Source of the DNA: an uncultured bacterium
GTDB lineage: Bacteria > Oederibacteriota > PGYV01 > CAWJRG01
Assembly (NCBI GenBank): GCA_963845185.1
Contig: CAWJRG010000009.1
Location: 288,001-352,000, forward strand
DNA: 64,000 bases
Direction of reading: 5' to 3'
The notes beneath the pieces are model-generated. The model worked only from the letters and a program-made list of their open reading frames with translations, did no database searches and was not told where the DNA came from. The stretch's first letter is position 1; the number at the start of each line of letters is the position of its first letter. Positions 59,998-64,000 of this stretch are shown piece after piece. The translations under genes were made by a program, and so were the position numbers.

Positions 59998-61486
59998 ATG
60001 AATGACGTGTTTTTAATCTTAGAGATATCAGCGCTTATAATTGTAAGCGTTTTGGCTAGCAAAGTATCCGATAAATTCGGAGTACCGGCCTTGCTTATTT
60101 TTCTTATTATTGGCATGCTTGCCGGCGCTGAAGGCCCGGGAAAAATATATTTTGCAAATGTAGTATTTGCAAAATCGCTTGGAATAATGGCGCTTGCCCT
60201 GATTCTTTTTTACGGCGGACTTGATACAGACCTTGTAAAGATAAAACCGGTTTTATTCAGAGGCATCAGTTTAGCTACGATAGGAGTACTTATAACCGCA
60301 GCAATACTTGCGATACTTTCAATGATTTTTCTTAAGTTTTCACTTGCGGAAGGTTTGCTTGTAGGCGCAATCGTTTCATCTACAGATGCAGCTGCTGTTT
60401 TTTCTGTTTTAAGATCAAGAAACGTAAATTTAAAAGGCAATATAAAACCGCTTTTGGAGCTTGAGTCAGGCATTAATGACCCGATGGCGGTTTTTTTGAC
60501 GGTTGGTATGGTAAGCCTTATTAAGTTTAAAGCCTCTATAATTGAACTTATTCCGGAATTTTTTCTTGAAATGACAATTGGAGTTATAATAGGGTATCTG
60601 GTAGCAAAAATAATGATTTATGTCATAAACAGAATAAAACTCAGAGCATGAAGGTTTATATCCGGTTTTAGCCATGGCTTTTGTTATTTTTGACTATTCC
60701 TTGGCGGCGGCTGTGCACGGTAATGGATTTCTTTCAGTTTATATTACAGGCCTGATAGTCGGCAATTCGGAATTTCTACATAAAAAAAGCCTTATACACT
60801 TTCATGCAGGGCTTGCATGGCTTATGCAAATATCAATGTTTTTAACCCTGGGTCTTTTGATTTCACCGGCTAAAATTGTCCCTGTAATTGGCGACGGGCT
60901 GCTGCTTTCCATATTGCTTATGTTTTTGGCAAGGCCCATAAGCATTTTTATCTGCCTTATTGGCTCTGGATTCAATTTCCGGGAGCAACTTATGATTGCG
61001 TGGGTAGGACTGCGCGGAGCAGTCCCGATTATTCTTGCCATATTCCCATTGATAGCAGGGGTGCCGAAAGCGGATGTGATATTTAATGTTGTTTTTTTTA
61101 TTGTGCTTTCTTCCGCATTGCTACAGGGCACTTCGATAACGGCTGTTTCAAAATTTCTCGGAGTTTACGAGCCAATGAAAAACAAGCCACGCTACCCAAT
61201 AGAATTCGAAAATATGCCCGGGATGAACGCGGAGTTAAACGAGGTTTTTATCCCGTTTGAGTCAAAAGTGGCCGGCATATCGCTTTTTGAAGTTGGCGTG
61301 CCGAAAGAAGCACTCGTTACTCTTGTTTCTCGTGAAGATAAATTTATAATACCTAACGGCTCAACAGTATTAGAAGGCGGGGATGTCCTTCTGGTATTGT
61401 CCAATAAGGACGATTTAAAAAAGCTGGAAAATAGAGTCAATAAGATAAAGTCTAAAAACAACGAAGAAAAAGGAAATGGGAATTAA
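59998..61486 (+). pseudogene. cvrA: K+/H+ antiporter NhaP2/CvrA with TrkA-C domain, frameshifted near 60643
   Basis: STDAAAVFSVLR, LELESGINDPMA, WVGLRGAVPI; deleting one A in CTCAGAGCATGAA restores KLEHEGLYPVL. Confidence 0.85.
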
Positions 61487-61508
61487 CAAATTTTAAATCA
61501 AAAATTAA

Positions 61509-61537
61509 TTGACAAGTCATGTATTTTATGTTATAAG
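61509..61537 (+). promoter_or_regulatory. Sigma-70 promoter
   Basis: TTGACA-N17-TATAAG with extended TG. Confidence 0.65.
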
Positions 61538-61581
61538 TTCTGCTAATTTAAGTTGAACTTTTAAAGCAAGAGGTATAACTA

Positions 61582-61989
61582 ATGAAAAAGTTTTTGGCAA
61601 TAGTAAATATCCTAGTGCTGATGGCGGTTACAGTTTATGCGGATAGAGGTCCTGTTTCCGTTGAAAATGAGTACAAGCAATTTTTAAACAGTCATCATAT
61701 AATTATTTTTACATCAAAGAAACATCACAGAAACTATGTGAAAATTAGAAGTAATTTTTTGAAAACAGAAAAATACCCCGGTGCACCTTGTTATGCCAAA
61801 AGGCAAATGATTGAATTCGTAGATGAGACAGATTCAATTGAAGCTACGGTAGCCAATGAAAACAACAAGCTAGACATAGCCGTAATTCCGGAGATAAGAA
61901 AACTGGAAATCGAAAGAAGTTTAACCGGGGAAAATAAATATATAAGCGAGTCCTTTTTATTCAATAACACCAACCAACAGCGAAAATAA
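61582..61989 (+). CDS. Hypothetical secreted protein
   Basis: GAGG RBS, signal peptide MKKFLAIV..VYA. Confidence 0.65.
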   Translation: MKKFLAIVNILVLMAVTVYADRGPVSVENEYKQFLNSHHIIIFTSKKHHRNYVKIRSNFLKTEKYPGAPCYAKRQMIEFVDETDSIEATVANENNKLDIAVIPEIRKLEIERSLTGENKYISESFLFNNTNQQRK

Positions 61990-62102
61990 TACCTCTTATA
62001 CCCTTTTTTGCGCATGGCATGTTTTAACAGTCTTGCGCAATACTATAATAAGTTATAAAAAAACTTATTAATTTATCTCAAGGAAGGAAGGAGGTGAATC
62101 TA

Positions 62103-62342
62103 ATGAAGAAATTAATCGTAGTTTTAATGGCACTTGCGTTTTCAGCAGCAGTGTTAATGGCAGATGAGGCGGCAGCTCCGGCTACGTCAACAACGCCAGT
62201 CGCAGCGGCAGCAGCAGCTCCAGCAGCACCAGCAAAGGTTGTTAAGAAAAAAGTGAAAAAAGCAAAAAAAGCCAAAAAGGCAGCGGCAGCAGCAGCGGCG
62301 GTAACGCCAGCAGCGGCAGCAGAAACACCAGTAGCAAAGTAA
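62103..62342 (+). CDS. Small secreted Ala/Lys/Pro-rich protein
   Basis: GGAGGTG RBS, signal peptide, AAAAPAAP and KKKVKKAKKAKK tracts, downstream terminator. Confidence 0.75.
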   Translation: MKKLIVVLMALAFSAAVLMADEAAAPATSTTPVAAAAAAPAAPAKVVKKKVKKAKKAKKAAAAAAAVTPAAAAETPVAK

Positions 62343-62361
62343 TTAGCTGCAAAATATCGTC

Positions 62362-62403
62362 AAAAAGGGCATGGACGTAACAATCCATGCCTTTTTTGTT
62401 TTT
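62362..62403 (+). terminator. Rho-independent terminator
   Basis: GGCATGGA...TCCATGCC followed by a T-run. Confidence 0.8.
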
Positions 62404-62481
62404 TATTATTCTACTATACATTTTGAAGAGTAAATATAAGAATTAATTTTTAGCCTAAAAAGTTATAATTTAATTTTTTAT

Positions 62482-62510
62482 TTGACAGGGTAAATGTACT
62501 GTAATATAAT
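62482..62510 (+). promoter_or_regulatory. Consensus sigma-70 promoter of yceD-rpmF-plsX
   Basis: TTGACA-N17-TATAAT perfect match. Confidence 0.85.
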
Positions 62511-62562
62511 ACCAATCGTTTTCTTATCTTGCCCGGATAAAATAATTCCATGAAGAGGTTAT

Positions 62563-63060
62563 TTGAAAATGTTTAAATTTAATCTGGCGTCTTTTGATGT
62601 CAGGGAAGAATATTTCCTGGAAATAAAGCAGGGTGATGTTGTTTTTGACCCTGCACTTATAATTGGAGATGTTTTAAAAATAAAAGTAGTCCTTACAAAA
62701 GATAAAGACAATAGCGTAATCGCGGAAGGAGGAATTAAGGGAGATATTCTTCTTAAGTGCGGCAGGTGCCTTGAAGACTATAAAAAACTTATTGACATTA
62801 ATTTCGCGACGGTTTATAAAGGGAAAAAAGCTTATACAAAAGAAGATGAGGAAAGCGGATATAATATATATAAAAACAATGAAATAGATATGTATGATTA
62901 TATACGAGACACGCTTATTCTTGAAATTCCGATTAAGCTTGTCTGCCGGGAAGATTGTAAAGGACTTTGCCCTGTGTGCGGTAAAAATTTAAATAAACAA
63001 AAATGTGATTGTGCCAGACAAAGCCGTTTTAACATTTTTGAGGACTTAAAATTGGAATAA
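62563..63060 (+). CDS. yceD: DUF177/YceD family protein
   Basis: CGRCL, CREDCKGLCPVCGKNLN..CDC; upstream of rpmF. Confidence 0.9.
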   Translation: MKMFKFNLASFDVREEYFLEIKQGDVVFDPALIIGDVLKIKVVLTKDKDNSVIAEGGIKGDILLKCGRCLEDYKKLIDINFATVYKGKKAYTKEDEESGYNIYKNNEIDMYDYIRDTLILEIPIKLVCREDCKGLCPVCGKNLNKQKCDCARQSRFNIFEDLKLE

Positions 63061-63131
63061 TGATTGTAAAACTTCTGTATCATTGATTTTGATAGGAGAC
63101 GTGAGGAAAATATTCTGAAGGAGGTTTTAAA

Positions 63132-63317
63132 TTGGGTAATGTTACATGGCGAATATCAAAAAGAAAAACAAGACAGCGAAGGTCTGCAAACCTGAAATTA
63201 AAACAAAGTTTAAATTTGTCCGAATGCCCAAATTGCCATCATAAAAAAATGCCGCACAGGGTATGCCCGAATTGTGGTTTTTATGACGGCAGAGATGTTT
63301 TGCATTCGGCCGAATAA
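63132..63317 (+). CDS. rpmF: 50S ribosomal protein L32
   Basis: SKRKTRQRRS, CPNC...PHRVCPNCGFY; yceD-rpmF-plsX synteny. Confidence 0.92.
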   Translation: MGNVTWRISKRKTRQRRSANLKLKQSLNLSECPNCHHKKMPHRVCPNCGFYDGRDVLHSAE

Positions 63318-63332
63318 TAAGCGGAAACTGTT

Positions 63333-64000
63333 TTGAATATAGTACTTGATGCAATGGGCGGCGATAACGCACCTGCAATTGAAGTTGAAGGAGCTATCGA
63401 AGCCCTTAGAGAAAATAAGGATATCAACGTTATTCTGGTTGGAATAAAGGATAAACTTGAAAAACTGATACATGAAAAGTTAGGCGAAAAAAATAAAACA
63501 GTGACTTCAAGGCTTTCGATTGTCAATGCAAGTGAAGTAATAAACATGTCTGATTCACCAGCCACTGCGCATAAACAAAAACCCGACGCTTCTTTAGTTG
63601 TTGCTGGCAAACTCTTGAAAGAAGAAAAAGCTGACGCACTGGTATCAGCCGGGAATACAGGCGCTGTAATGGTGACCGCGCTTTTTTCTGTAGGGAGAAT
63701 TAAGGGCATTGTCAGGCCGGCCCTTTTAGCACCTATACCTTCCAAAAAAAATTACACAGCCATGCTTGACGCTGGCGCAAATGTCGATTGTAAACCGATT
63801 CATCTTGTGCAATTTGCCATTATGGGTGAACTTTATGCGAGATATATTTTAAATATTGAAAAGCCGCTTGTCGGACTTTTAAGCGTGGGCGAAGAAGATG
63901 TTAAAGGAAACGAATTGTCGCTGGCGACCTTGGATTTGATAAAAAAAACCAGCTTGAATTTTAAAGGAAATGTTGAAGGCAGGGATATAACAAACGGCTC
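63333..64000 (+). CDS. plsX: Phosphate acyltransferase PlsX (3'-partial, runs off the window)
   Basis: TTG start, IVLDAMGGDNAP, VSAGNTGA, RPAL, LDAGANVDC, GEE..KGN, GNVEGRD. Confidence 0.95.
   Translation, partial: MNIVLDAMGGDNAPAIEVEGAIEALRENKDINVILVGIKDKLEKLIHEKLGEKNKTVTSRLSIVNASEVINMSDSPATAHKQKPDASLVVAGKLLKEEKADALVSAGNTGAVMVTALFSVGRIKGIVRPALLAPIPSKKNYTAMLDAGANVDCKPIHLVQFAIMGELYARYILNIEKPLVGLLSVGEEDVKGNELSLATLDLIKKTSLNFKGNVEGRDITNG

Overview
Low-GC bacterial chromosome segment from a flagellated organism. A TolC and a PorV-like barrel imply a diderm envelope; taxonomy cannot be fixed from this window. Core content: end of a flagellar cluster (flhG, PilZ, fliA, frameshifted fapA, fliK-like, flhB-like), zapA/zapB-like/pheT, prfB with its programmed +1 frameshift, a secreted repeat protein plus PorV-like barrel, a lysine operon (lysA-dapF-dapA-dapB-FAH-dapL), folK-dNK-panBCD-nadX, a TolC/MacA/MacB exporter, two DUF2723 membrane glycosyltransferase-like genes, a K+/H+ antiporter and yceD-rpmF-plsX. 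Accessory content: a 3.6 kb phage-like fragment with an IS1380 that splits the FAH gene; an ~8.4 kb island (ParB-TM-TPR, two DUF1016 nucleases, DUF4145, truncated GHKL ATPase, CoiA-like) with a shared intergenic module and intragenic palindromes; and an IS110/IS1111-type element next to a REP-like palindrome. The most interesting signals are a readable bridge/seek-RNA candidate in the IS110 element, 13-1-13 palindromes inside the DUF1016 genes, and a ~104 nt structured leader present in two full copies and one partial copy. No tRNA, rRNA or CRISPR array was seen. All calls come from manual motif recognition; no database searches were run.
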